Source: an uncultured Desulfurococcaceae archaeon (GTDB taxonomy: Archaea > Thermoproteota > Thermoprotei_A > Sulfolobales > Desulfurococcaceae). Taken from it: a stretch of 64,000 nt of DNA. The notes under the pieces are model-generated. The model saw only the letters and a program-made list of their open reading frames with translations, searched no databases and was not told where the DNA came from. The stretch covers positions 13,034 to 77,033 of the forward strand of contig CAZVAW010000003.1 in NCBI GenBank assembly GCA_964625205.1, given 5' to 3'. This document shows positions 1 to 8,301 of the stretch, in pieces (position 1 is the stretch's first letter; each line of letters starts with the position of its first letter). Both the position numbers and the translations under genes were made by a program.

Positions 1-87
1 ACCTAAACCATCTATGATGAACAAGATTATTCTACTATCCTCTACGAGGACCGGGATCTTCTTTATAAATTCAAGAATATTCTCCAT
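1..87 (-). CDS. 5' end of a gene running off the window; alkaline-phosphatase-superfamily-like N-terminus (function uncertain)
   Basis: The reverse complement of 1-87 reads ATG GAG AAT... = MENILEFIKKIPVLVEDSRIILFIIDGLG. The ILFIIDGLG strand resembles the metal-binding Asp strand of phosphoglycerate mutase/phosphodiesterase-type enzymes. Only 29 codons are visible. Confidence 0.35.
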   Translation of the reverse strand, partial: MENILEFIKKIPVLVEDSRIILFIIDGLG

Positions 88-219
88 TTAATGGCCCTCG
101 CACATCACTAGTTCCTATATGTACAGAGGCGATGGATACACTGATTTATTTAATATAGTAGTATTTAAGCACCCAGGTTAATCAATAGGTATTAGGGTTA
201 CCTAACAGAGGTGCTTGAT

Positions 220-792
220 ATGAGGAAAGCATTGTTTATTATTGAGGAGGGATTTGATGATTTCGAGTTTTTCTACTTCTACCATAGGCTGATCGAGGAA
301 GGTTTTGAACCAGTTATAGCTTCTTCTAAAAAATACGATGATATACCTATCTATGATCCAGTTGAGGATAAGGTTAAGCCAAGACCTAGGCGTGTTAAGG
401 GTAAACATACGCTTGTGGTGGAAACCGATCTATCGTTTAAAGAAGTATTGGAAAAGATCGGTGAGTTTAACGTATTAGTTATACCTGGTGGTAGAGGACC
501 GGAGAGAGCTAGAAGATATAGCGAGGCAGTTGAAATTGTGAAGAAAATGGTTGAGTCTGGTAAACCAGTTCTTGCTATTTGTCATGGTCCACAGTTATTG
601 ATTAGCGCTAATGCTGTCCGTGGTAAGAAGTTAACAGGTTATTGGGGTATTAAAGACGATATTGTCAATGCTGGCGCTGAATACGTTGATGAAGATGCAG
701 TACGTGATGGTAACATTGTCACCATAAGACACACTAGCGTGATCGGTAAGGGCTCAAAACTATTTATAGAGCTATTAAGAGAAAAAGTCTAA
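220..792 (+). CDS. pfpI: DJ-1/PfpI family intracellular protease/deglycase
   Basis: Nucleophile-elbow motif AICHGPQLLISA and VIPGGRGPE. The track ORF opens at GTG 211; ATG 220 behind GAGGTG is the likelier start. Confidence 0.85.
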   Translation: MRKALFIIEEGFDDFEFFYFYHRLIEEGFEPVIASSKKYDDIPIYDPVEDKVKPRPRRVKGKHTLVVETDLSFKEVLEKIGEFNVLVIPGGRGPERARRYSEAVEIVKKMVESGKPVLAICHGPQLLISANAVRGKKLTGYWGIKDDIVNAGAEYVDEDAVRDGNIVTIRHTSVIGKGSKLFIELLREKV

Positions 793-796
793 GGGT

Positions 797-1489
797 TTAA
801 TCTTTAAGTGCTTCATATAATGCTTTTAAAGCATGTATACGCGCTGTATCATATAGTTTCACATTATCAACGCTACCAGTTAGTAGGAGTGGTAACTCAG
901 TACAAGCTAGGGCTACTGCTTCCACTCCTTTTTCCTTTAACCTCTTAATGATCCCGATCAAGGTTCTACGCGACTCATCACGTATGATACCCTTTACAAG
1001 CTCGTTATAGATAATATTATTCACGGTCTCAATATCGGGTGGCTCAGGAACTACTGCTTTGATACCGTGTTCCGCTAGCCTATCGACATAGAAGCCTTTT
1101 GTTAAAGTATATTTTGTGCCAAGTAACCCGATTACTTTAACACCATCTTTAATAGCTTGTTCAGCTAATGCATCTATGATATTAATTAATGGTATTGGCG
1201 ATTTACTCGCAATATAGTCGTAGAACATATGTGGAGTATTAGCAGAGATCACAACGAAATCAGCGCCTGCACGATGTAATGCCTTTATAGCCTCTACAAT
1301 AATGTCGGCGGCCTCACGATCCATTCCTTTCTCGACATACTCGGTGAATAAGCCGAAGTTGACACTATAGATTATTATGTCCGGGTATTTCTCGTCACCC
1401 TTAATCCTTTTATACTCGTCAACAATGGTCTTGTAATACAATATTGTTGATTCAGGGCTTAATCCCCCAACAATACCTATTTTCTTCAC
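797..1489 (-). CDS. Asp/Glu/hydantoin racemase family protein, atypical active site
   Basis: MKKIGIVGGLSPEST N-terminus, ADFVVISANTPH and LACTELPLL blocks typical of aspartate racemase. The first catalytic Cys position is Ala. Confidence 0.75.
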   Translation of the reverse strand: MKKIGIVGGLSPESTILYYKTIVDEYKRIKGDEKYPDIIIYSVNFGLFTEYVEKGMDREAADIIVEAIKALHRAGADFVVISANTPHMFYDYIASKSPIPLINIIDALAEQAIKDGVKVIGLLGTKYTLTKGFYVDRLAEHGIKAVVPEPPDIETVNNIIYNELVKGIIRDESRRTLIGIIKRLKEKGVEAVALACTELPLLLTGSVDNVKLYDTARIHALKALYEALKD

Positions 1490-1592
1490 AGTAAAGCCAC
1501 CAGTATAGAAATACGGTTTAAAATAATAAAAACCGTTACAATTAGGATTTATACTTACTGGATAATACGATGAATAAAGTGGGGTGTTAAGA

Positions 1593-1865
1593 ATGACTAA
1601 TGAGAAGATAACAGGTATTATTGTCGGTTATGCTCGCGGTCCTAACACCCAGTATCCCCAGTTCGTACTTGTAAGGTTAAACGTGTCGAAAAACACTAAG
1701 ATAGACAACTATATAGGGCGTAAACTAGTCGTTGTTAATAAACATGGGAATAGATATGTCGGTAAGATAGTTAGGAAACATTCTCGTAAACATCCAATAG
1801 TTAGAGCCAAGTTTAAACCAAATATACCGGGGCAATTGATTGGATCGACAGTTATAGTTGAGTAA
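1593..1865 (+). CDS. rpl35ae: 50S ribosomal protein L35Ae
   Basis: ITGIIVGYARGPNTQYPQFVLVRL ... NRYVGKIVRKH pattern of eL33/L35Ae. ATG 1593 lies inside the track ORF that opens at GTG 1584. Confidence 0.85.
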   Translation: MTNEKITGIIVGYARGPNTQYPQFVLVRLNVSKNTKIDNYIGRKLVVVNKHGNRYVGKIVRKHSRKHPIVRAKFKPNIPGQLIGSTVIVE

Positions 1866-1872
1866 ATGGTTT

Positions 1873-1931
1873 CATAATGATGAAATGCACCTCCTCAGAT
1901 AATTAATGAAGAAAATATAGGTTCTGAGACA
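1873..1931 (+). ncRNA. C/D-box sRNA candidate
   Basis: C box ATGATGA 1877-1883, 12-nt guide, D' CAGA 1896-1899, C' ATGAAGA 1906-1912, 11-nt guide, D box CTGA 1924-1927. Intergenic. Confidence 0.55.
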
Positions 1932-1933
1932 TT

Positions 1934-1998
1934 GGGGTCAGGAGGGGCGAAACGCATCATCTAAGGTTTATCAGCTTAGGACACACTTCTTCATCCGA
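1934..1998 (-). ncRNA. C/D-box sRNA candidate (convergent with the previous one)
   Basis: Read on the minus strand: C ATGAAGA (comp. 1988-1994), 13-nt guide, D' CTGA (comp. 1971-1974), C' ATGATGC (comp. 1954-1960), 12-nt GC-rich guide GTTTCGCCCCTC, D CTGA (comp. 1938-1941). Confidence 0.5.
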
Positions 1999-2033
1999 TT
2001 CAATAGTTAGGCTGAAGTCTCTTTAAAACATTA

Positions 2034-2657
2034 TTACCCGGGTATATTCCATAGGGTATTATCTAGTGTTACGTTTATATCTAAGTACCCACTAGCATTA
2101 TACAAGTTTACCTCAATCCATGCTATGAGTTTCTCGCCTTGATCCAATATTATTGATGACACATAATTCGGGTATGGCAGATCACATCCATCTACATGTC
2201 CCCACTCATGGTATCCTATCCCCGTCTTATAGGGTCCATGTAAGTAAGTGTTAATAGTTTCCATTGAATAGTTTCCATGTATCGTGATATTGAAATGATC
2301 TATTCGTACTGGCAGCTCACCATTATTCTCTATGATAAGCCCAATCCATATAGTTACGTTACTTAGACCATCATGGCATGAGCAACAACTAGAGTCTATG
2401 TCTCTTAAATACAATGTCTTACCATCACTACTAAGGCTCATCTGATAATCTTCGAGCCCATGGCATGAGCAACAACAACAGTTACAGTGCGAGTGTATAC
2501 AACATACTTGTGCTTTATACGATCCTATCTTTGTATCCGATGATGCTGTGTCAACATATACGTTTACGGATAGTTTCTCGAACCACATGCTATACCCGAT
2601 CAACGTTATAAGTATAAAGACGAGAAACAATGATAATGGGTAAAACCAGTTGTTCAT
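2034..2657 (-). CDS. Hypothetical secreted/membrane-anchored protein with Cys/His-rich cluster
   Basis: N-terminal hydrophobic segment WFYPLSLFLVFILITLIGYSMWF, then CCIHSHCNCCCCSCHG (aa 52-67) and CCSCHD (aa 91-96). The rest is beta-rich with N-x-S/T sites. Confidence 0.6.
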   Translation of the reverse strand: MNNWFYPLSLFLVFILITLIGYSMWFEKLSVNVYVDTASSDTKIGSYKAQVCCIHSHCNCCCCSCHGLEDYQMSLSSDGKTLYLRDIDSSCCSCHDGLSNVTIWIGLIIENNGELPVRIDHFNITIHGNYSMETINTYLHGPYKTGIGYHEWGHVDGCDLPYPNYVSSIILDQGEKLIAWIEVNLYNASGYLDINVTLDNTLWNIPG

Positions 2658-2742
2658 GGTTACTCAACTATATAATATTGGAGAGCGTTATGTATTCTAG
2701 ATTTATTAACTATAATGTATCATTCGTACGTATCCAAAATAT

Positions 2743-4518
2743 TCAAGTCCAAGTAATTATTTCCTCTCTACCAAGGTACTCGCCTAACTGCGAAATATAA
2801 AGTCTATAGAAGAGGCCTTTTCTACTTATTAATTCCTCGAACGAGCCAACCTCAACTATCTCGCCATTCTCTAACACTATTATTCTATCAACATCGTTAA
2901 CAATCGATAATCTATGTGCTATTATTATTCCGGTTCTACCTTTCATTAGTTTCTTAATAGCTCTCCTAATAATCTCTTCAGTCTTAGGATCAACGCTTGA
3001 AAGAGCCTCATCTAACACCACTATATCCGGGTTACGTAGCATTGCTCTAGCGATCGCTATTAATTGTTTCTCACCAACAGATAATCTCTTACCAGCTTCA
3101 CCCGCATCAGTGTAGTAGCCGTTAGGGAGTTTCTCGATAAACTCGTGAATCCCCAGCTCTTTACAAACTCTTATAACCTCTTCATCACTAACATCAGGCC
3201 TCCCGATCCTGATATTATCAATAACGGTTCCAGGGAAAAGATAAGTTTCCTGTGGTACATAACTGATTCTACTTCGTAGACATTTCCTTTTTACATTTCT
3301 AATATCGATCCCGTCGATCAATATGCGTCCTTTAACTGGGTCGTAAAACCGAAGTAGCAGATTAGCCAATGTTGTTTTACCAGCTCCCGTGTGCCCCACT
3401 AATGCTATTAACTCGCCTGGCCTAATCTCGATATTGATGTTTTTTAAAACTGGCTTGCCTGGTTCATACTCGAACCATACATTATCAAATACTATTTCTC
3501 CCCTAAACTTCTCGATCACAAGCCCTTCTTCATCCTCATATTCTCTTGCATCAAGTACCTCGTATATTCTCTCTAATGCAGCAAAAGCCGATTGTAGTGA
3601 GTCATACATACTTATCAAGCTATTGATTGGTTGTGTAAATCGTTGTACGTATTGGATAAAAGCTACCACAACACCAATGCTTATAAGTCCTTGAAGACTT
3701 AAGTAGCCACCATATATTATTACGATGACCATAGATAATACTGATGATAAGTTCATCAGTGGCCAGAAAAACCCCATTAAAACAGCTACTCTAATATATG
3801 TTTTCACAGTCTCACGTGATACGTGTTCGAATTCTCTCATAACGTTTTCTTCGCGTCCGAAAGCCTTAATGGCTTCAATACCAGCTAAGCTTTCACTAAC
3901 AACGCTTGAGATCCTAGCTATTTTCTCGCGCGTCTCCTTATAGGCTTTGCGTAGTCTTCCTCCAAAGTATTTGGCTACGATTATCATTAAGGGTATGCTA
4001 GCCATTGATACTAGGGTTAAACTAGGACTTAATATGATCATAGCGATCAATATACCTATTAGTGAGAGTAGATCACCTATAACGCTCAATATACCGGAGA
4101 CTAGTACCTCGTTTAAAGTTGAAGTATCATTTATAACTCTAGATACTAGATCACCTACTTGTTTATCCTTATAAAAATTAATATGTAGCCTAAGTAATTT
4201 GTTAAATAATTTATTCCTTATAGAAAACAGTATTTTCTGACCAAAAACTTGTATAACAAGGCTTCTAGCTGTAATGAATCCCCATTGCCCAATTAATGCT
4301 AAGAGGTATAAAATAGCTATGAATGGTAGTTCATTGAAACGTCCCGGTAGAATATATTTGTCTATAGCGACCCCAAGCAGATATGGACCAGCTAAAGTCG
4401 TAGTTGTTGCTCCTATGATCGTTAATATTGTTAATACTAACATTTTCTTATACGCGAAAATCTCTGACATGAAACGTCTTAGCAGTAGCCATGACGATTT
4501 ACTGGACATTAGCATCAC
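2743..4518 (-). CDS. ABC exporter, fused permease/ATPase (type I exporter half-transporter, consensus NBD)
   Basis: Six-TM N-terminal half. Walker A GHTGAGKTT, deviant signature LSVGEKQ, Walker B IVVLDEA, H-loop IIIAHRLS. Confidence 0.9.
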   Translation of the reverse strand: MMLMSSKSSWLLLRRFMSEIFAYKKMLVLTILTIIGATTTTLAGPYLLGVAIDKYILPGRFNELPFIAILYLLALIGQWGFITARSLVIQVFGQKILFSIRNKLFNKLLRLHINFYKDKQVGDLVSRVINDTSTLNEVLVSGILSVIGDLLSLIGILIAMIILSPSLTLVSMASIPLMIIVAKYFGGRLRKAYKETREKIARISSVVSESLAGIEAIKAFGREENVMREFEHVSRETVKTYIRVAVLMGFFWPLMNLSSVLSMVIVIIYGGYLSLQGLISIGVVVAFIQYVQRFTQPINSLISMYDSLQSAFAALERIYEVLDAREYEDEEGLVIEKFRGEIVFDNVWFEYEPGKPVLKNINIEIRPGELIALVGHTGAGKTTLANLLLRFYDPVKGRILIDGIDIRNVKRKCLRSRISYVPQETYLFPGTVIDNIRIGRPDVSDEEVIRVCKELGIHEFIEKLPNGYYTDAGEAGKRLSVGEKQLIAIARAMLRNPDIVVLDEALSSVDPKTEEIIRRAIKKLMKGRTGIIIAHRLSIVNDVDRIIVLENGEIVEVGSFEELISRKGLFYRLYISQLGEYLGREEIITWT

Positions 4519-6250
4519 CTAACATCGAGCGATAGAGTCTATAATATAATCCCTTCTTAGCAATAAGTTCCTCGTGGGTCCCAGTTTCAACTATCTCGCC
4601 ATTATCAAGTACTATTATCCTATCGGCAAGCTTGACAAGCGAGAGCCTCTGTGTAACTATTAACGCTGTTTTATCCTTCAGAATCTCCCTTAAGTCATCA
4701 ACTAGTTTCTTCTCCGTCTCAGCATCAAGGTTTGAAACAGGATCATCAAGTAGTAGTATCTTAGGGTTAGTCACTAATGCTCTTGCAAGAGCTATCCTTT
4801 GTCTTTGTCCACCCGATAATGTTACTCCACGTTCCCCCACAACTGTATCATAGCCTTGTGGAAGACTAGCTATAAAGTCATGTATTTTGGCGATCTTAGC
4901 GGCCCGTATAATGTCTTCTAATGATGCTGATGGATTACCTAACGCTATATTCTCTCTAATGCTACGATTAAATATAAAGGGTTCTTGCGAGACATAAGCT
5001 ACATATTTACGTAGTGAATTAAGTTTTATATCACGTATATCAATACCATCGATCAATATACGTCCTTCATCTGGGTCATAAAACCTTATTATTAGTTTTA
5101 ATATAGTTGATTTACCAGAACCTGGTGGCCCCACGATCACTATTTTTTCTCCCGGCCTTACTTTAAAACTGATGTTTTTCAATACCTTCTTACCCGGTAC
5201 ATAGCTGAAACTAACGTTTTCGAAAACTATTTCTCCTTTTACATTTTCTAGTTCGATAGCGTCTTCTTTTTCATAGACACGCGGTTCTGCATCAATTATC
5301 TCAAATAACCTCCGAGTAGACGCTATTGTCCTCTGTATATCTCCTATAGCGAACCCCAGCGCTCGCAGTGGCCACATAAGCATAACCATATATGCTAGGA
5401 ACGCTGTTAAACTACCAACGCTGAAAACTCCAGCTATAATTGCTTGTCCACCATAGTATAGGATCATTGCCATAGAAACTCCGAGTATAAGCATTGAACC
5501 ATTACCATATAATGCCCTGATCCTTGCAGCCTTGATATTGAGTTCTAGGAATTTCTGGTTCTCATTTATGAATCGCTTATACTCGTGATCTTCTATTGCG
5601 AGGCTTTTAACAGTTTTTATACCAGCTAAATCACTAGTAGTTATACCAGCTAGTACTCCTACTTGGTGTCTGATCTTATCATATAATGGTCTTATTATTG
5701 TAGCATACCTAGTATTGATCGCTATCGATAATAAGAATGCTGTAAAACCGATTAATGCAAGTAATGTGTTCATCGTGAACATATAGTAGAGAACTAAAGA
5801 CATCATTAGTGTAGAGTATATAAGCATTCTTAGACGCCATGAGAGAAAACCAGCTATTCTCTCGGTGTCATTTGTTATTCTTGATATTAACTGTCCGATC
5901 AAAGTTTTATCAAAGAAATCCATTGACTGTCTTTGTATTGATCTAAAGGCGTCCATTCTAATACTATATACTGTTTCTTGTGAAAGCCTAGTTGTAACGT
6001 AACGTGCTATAAAACTTAAGAGACCACCAATTGCTGTAGCGATTAAGACTAATAGCGAGTAATAAATCGTCGAATTAAGATCCTTTACTAAAATACCATG
6101 GTCGATCGCTGATTTAATGAATATTGGTATAATACTATTTGTATAAGCCATAGCTATTAGTAAAGCTATACTTACAATTAGTAAATACCATTTTCTCCAA
6201 ACATACTTCATTAACCGAGTAAATACGTGAAAACTACTATATTGCGCCAA
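4499..6250 (-). CDS. ABC exporter, fused permease/ATPase (half-transporter with degenerate NBD)
   Basis: Walker A GPPGSGKST, canonical signature LSGGQRQ, Walker B ILLLDDP (Asp for the catalytic Glu), H-loop LIVTQRLS (Gln for His). Overlaps the partner gene by 20 nt. Confidence 0.9.
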   Translation of the reverse strand: MAQYSSFHVFTRLMKYVWRKWYLLIVSIALLIAMAYTNSIIPIFIKSAIDHGILVKDLNSTIYYSLLVLIATAIGGLLSFIARYVTTRLSQETVYSIRMDAFRSIQRQSMDFFDKTLIGQLISRITNDTERIAGFLSWRLRMLIYSTLMMSLVLYYMFTMNTLLALIGFTAFLLSIAINTRYATIIRPLYDKIRHQVGVLAGITTSDLAGIKTVKSLAIEDHEYKRFINENQKFLELNIKAARIRALYGNGSMLILGVSMAMILYYGGQAIIAGVFSVGSLTAFLAYMVMLMWPLRALGFAIGDIQRTIASTRRLFEIIDAEPRVYEKEDAIELENVKGEIVFENVSFSYVPGKKVLKNISFKVRPGEKIVIVGPPGSGKSTILKLIIRFYDPDEGRILIDGIDIRDIKLNSLRKYVAYVSQEPFIFNRSIRENIALGNPSASLEDIIRAAKIAKIHDFIASLPQGYDTVVGERGVTLSGGQRQRIALARALVTNPKILLLDDPVSNLDAETEKKLVDDLREILKDKTALIVTQRLSLVKLADRIIVLDNGEIVETGTHEELIAKKGLYYRLYRSMLGDANVQ

Positions 6251-6358
6251 ATCGTATTATCCTCATTCCCAAATATTCTCTCCTATCAAGCCCTCTTGAT
6301 TATTCAGTTTATAGAGTATTTTATAGTATTATTCTCAGGAACTAACTGGAATGTATAA

Positions 6359-6793
6359 CTATGACCACAGCCATAGGGCGTCAGTGAATTTACTCCTAGT
6401 TATCGGTTCTCCTTTAAGTTCGATGATCTTTGTCTCAGCAACGAATACTTTTCCATGCAGTAAATGTCCGCCATATACTCGGCCTTCATGATCGCCTAAT
6501 GTAACATGTAGATGGAGAAATGGTTTATTGTACTTTAAACTAACATTCCCGACGGCTGAGAGTAATTCGTAATACCCATTTAGTTTTATTTCTAAATACT
6601 TATCTTTTTCAACGCTATAGTAGCCGATCTTAACATCATATAGAGATCCTATAGCGATAACTATGGCGGTTCTAATATTATTTTCCTCGACATATCTTGT
6701 TATATAACTAATTATCTCTTCGCCTTTTGGAATACTCAGTAAATGGATCTTCTCAACACAATATTTCTTAGACATAGGCATATCTATCACCAT
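6359..6793 (-). CDS. PPC (DUF296) domain protein
   Basis: The GSLYDVKIGYY ... HLHVTLGDHEGRVYGGHLL ... ETKIIEL pattern is typical of the PCC/DUF296 fold. Confidence 0.65.
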   Translation of the reverse strand: MVIDMPMSKKYCVEKIHLLSIPKGEEIISYITRYVEENNIRTAIVIAIGSLYDVKIGYYSVEKDKYLEIKLNGYYELLSAVGNVSLKYNKPFLHLHVTLGDHEGRVYGGHLLHGKVFVAETKIIELKGEPITRSKFTDALWLWS

Positions 6794-6853
6794 GTATAGT
6801 AAATGCCACTACTACGAATAATAACCTATATTTGATGATTATTTGATTATATT

Positions 6854-6913
6854 GAATATGATGTGGAGAAAGAGAGACGCTGAATAGATGACGAGAAGCC
6901 GGAAGCTGAATGA
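6854..6913 (+). ncRNA. C/D-box sRNA candidate
   Basis: C ATGATGT 6858-6864, D' CTGA 6880-6883, C'-like AGATGA 6886-6891, D CTGA 6906-6909. C-to-D span is 52 nt. Lies in a divergent intergenic region. Confidence 0.45.
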
Positions 6914-7012
6914 ACTTAATATGGTCCTTATTTATAAGTCTTTTCAACAAGTAGATATTAATTAGTTGTATGCATAGCATATCATTATACCTGTCCCCTA
7001 TGGCGATCTATA

Positions 7013-8176
7013 GTGTCTGAGTCAGAGTTTTGGGTTTTAGAGCTGGCGTTACTGATCTTGACTGCTAAGATGCTTGAGGGCTTGTCACGCAGAGTAAGTG
7101 TCCCACGTATAGTTTTCTTCGTTATGCTCGGCGTTTTACTTGCTTTCGCCCGATATTTCTTCGGATATAACATAAGTGGGGTTTTAGAAGCATTTGCTAC
7201 GCTTGGTATAGTATCATTGCTTTTCTTAGCCGGTCTTGAGGGTTCTCTTAGATACTTTATACGTGGACTTAAAGATGCCGGCATTATAGCTTTAGGTGGT
7301 GTTTTAGGAGCTATTGGATGCGGTTTATTAACAGTGTTTATTTTCAACCTTAATATTATTGAGGCTTTAGCCATCGGCATAATTTTATCAGCTACATCAG
7401 TTTCTATAACAGTAGATGCTCTAAGTGAAATGAATAAACTAAATACTCGTGAAGCTATGCTTATAGTGGAGGCTGCTGTTGTTGATGACGTTATTGGTCT
7501 TGTTTTACTTAGTTTTCTCAGTACTTATGAGAATGGTATTAACCTATTGTCTATGACCGTGATCCCTATATCGGCTTTCATTATATGGTATTTTACTGCA
7601 TGGTTTTCAAGTAGATATATGGATAAGATATTGAAAACTATTGGTCGTTTAAACGTATTATACGGCGTTGAGGCATCTTCATTAGCTATATTGTTAATGC
7701 TTGCTTTTGTAGCACATGGTATTGGTTTATCATATATTCTACTAGCATACGCCTATGGTATCGGCTTAGCTACAAATAGGTACTTTGCTAAGAGAATACG
7801 CGAATCAACTGGTTTAATAGCAGCTATTTTCGCGCCACTCTTCTTTATATACGTTGGCTATAAACTTGATCTTGAATACCTACTCGCGATTGACGTAGCC
7901 TCCATAATCTACGTGATCATAATCATGGTTCTACTAGGTTTTATCTCGAAACTTATCGGATGCTATATAGGTGCGCGACTAGTTGGTCTAAGACATAAAA
8001 ACGCGTTAATCGTTAGTGTTGGGATGATGCCTCGCTCAGAGGTAGCAATGGTTGCTTCCACATTAGCTTATGAACTTGAGCTAATCGAAGCAGATCTATT
8101 CGCGGCAAGCCTGGTAATGATCCTCTCTACAGCATTACTAACTCCTATCCTATTGAGGAAGATTATATTTACATGA
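7013..8176 (+). CDS. Cation:proton antiporter (CPA2/Kef-type Na+/H+ exchanger family)
   Basis: About 11 hydrophobic segments. LLFLAGLE and ATSVSIT motifs typical of the Na_H_Exchanger family. Confidence 0.8.
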   Translation: MSESEFWVLELALLILTAKMLEGLSRRVSVPRIVFFVMLGVLLAFARYFFGYNISGVLEAFATLGIVSLLFLAGLEGSLRYFIRGLKDAGIIALGGVLGAIGCGLLTVFIFNLNIIEALAIGIILSATSVSITVDALSEMNKLNTREAMLIVEAAVVDDVIGLVLLSFLSTYENGINLLSMTVIPISAFIIWYFTAWFSSRYMDKILKTIGRLNVLYGVEASSLAILLMLAFVAHGIGLSYILLAYAYGIGLATNRYFAKRIRESTGLIAAIFAPLFFIYVGYKLDLEYLLAIDVASIIYVIIIMVLLGFISKLIGCYIGARLVGLRHKNALIVSVGMMPRSEVAMVASTLAYELELIEADLFAASLVMILSTALLTPILLRKIIFT

Positions 8177-8301
8177 ACAACACACATGTATCTACATAAT
8201 TATATTTAAGAGAATAATTAGGTATTTAGAAGCCTTTTACAATATATAGGTAATCATGATAAAAACTAGATGCTATATATAGAGGAGACTCTATGTAAAC
8301 G

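Noticed and set aside
3389-4853. Five plus-strand ORFs of 72-101 aa (3389-3694, 3725-3943, 3947-4174, 4274-4522, 4632-4853) inside the ABC exporter genes.
   Set aside because: They are antisense shadows of well-supported minus-strand genes. They have Ser/Thr/Ile-rich nonsense composition and no start context.
6768-7380. Minus-strand ORFs 6768-6980 and 6985-7380.
   Set aside because: The first overlaps the PPC gene start and the divergent promoter/sRNA region. The second is antisense to the antiporter. Both have implausible low-complexity translations.
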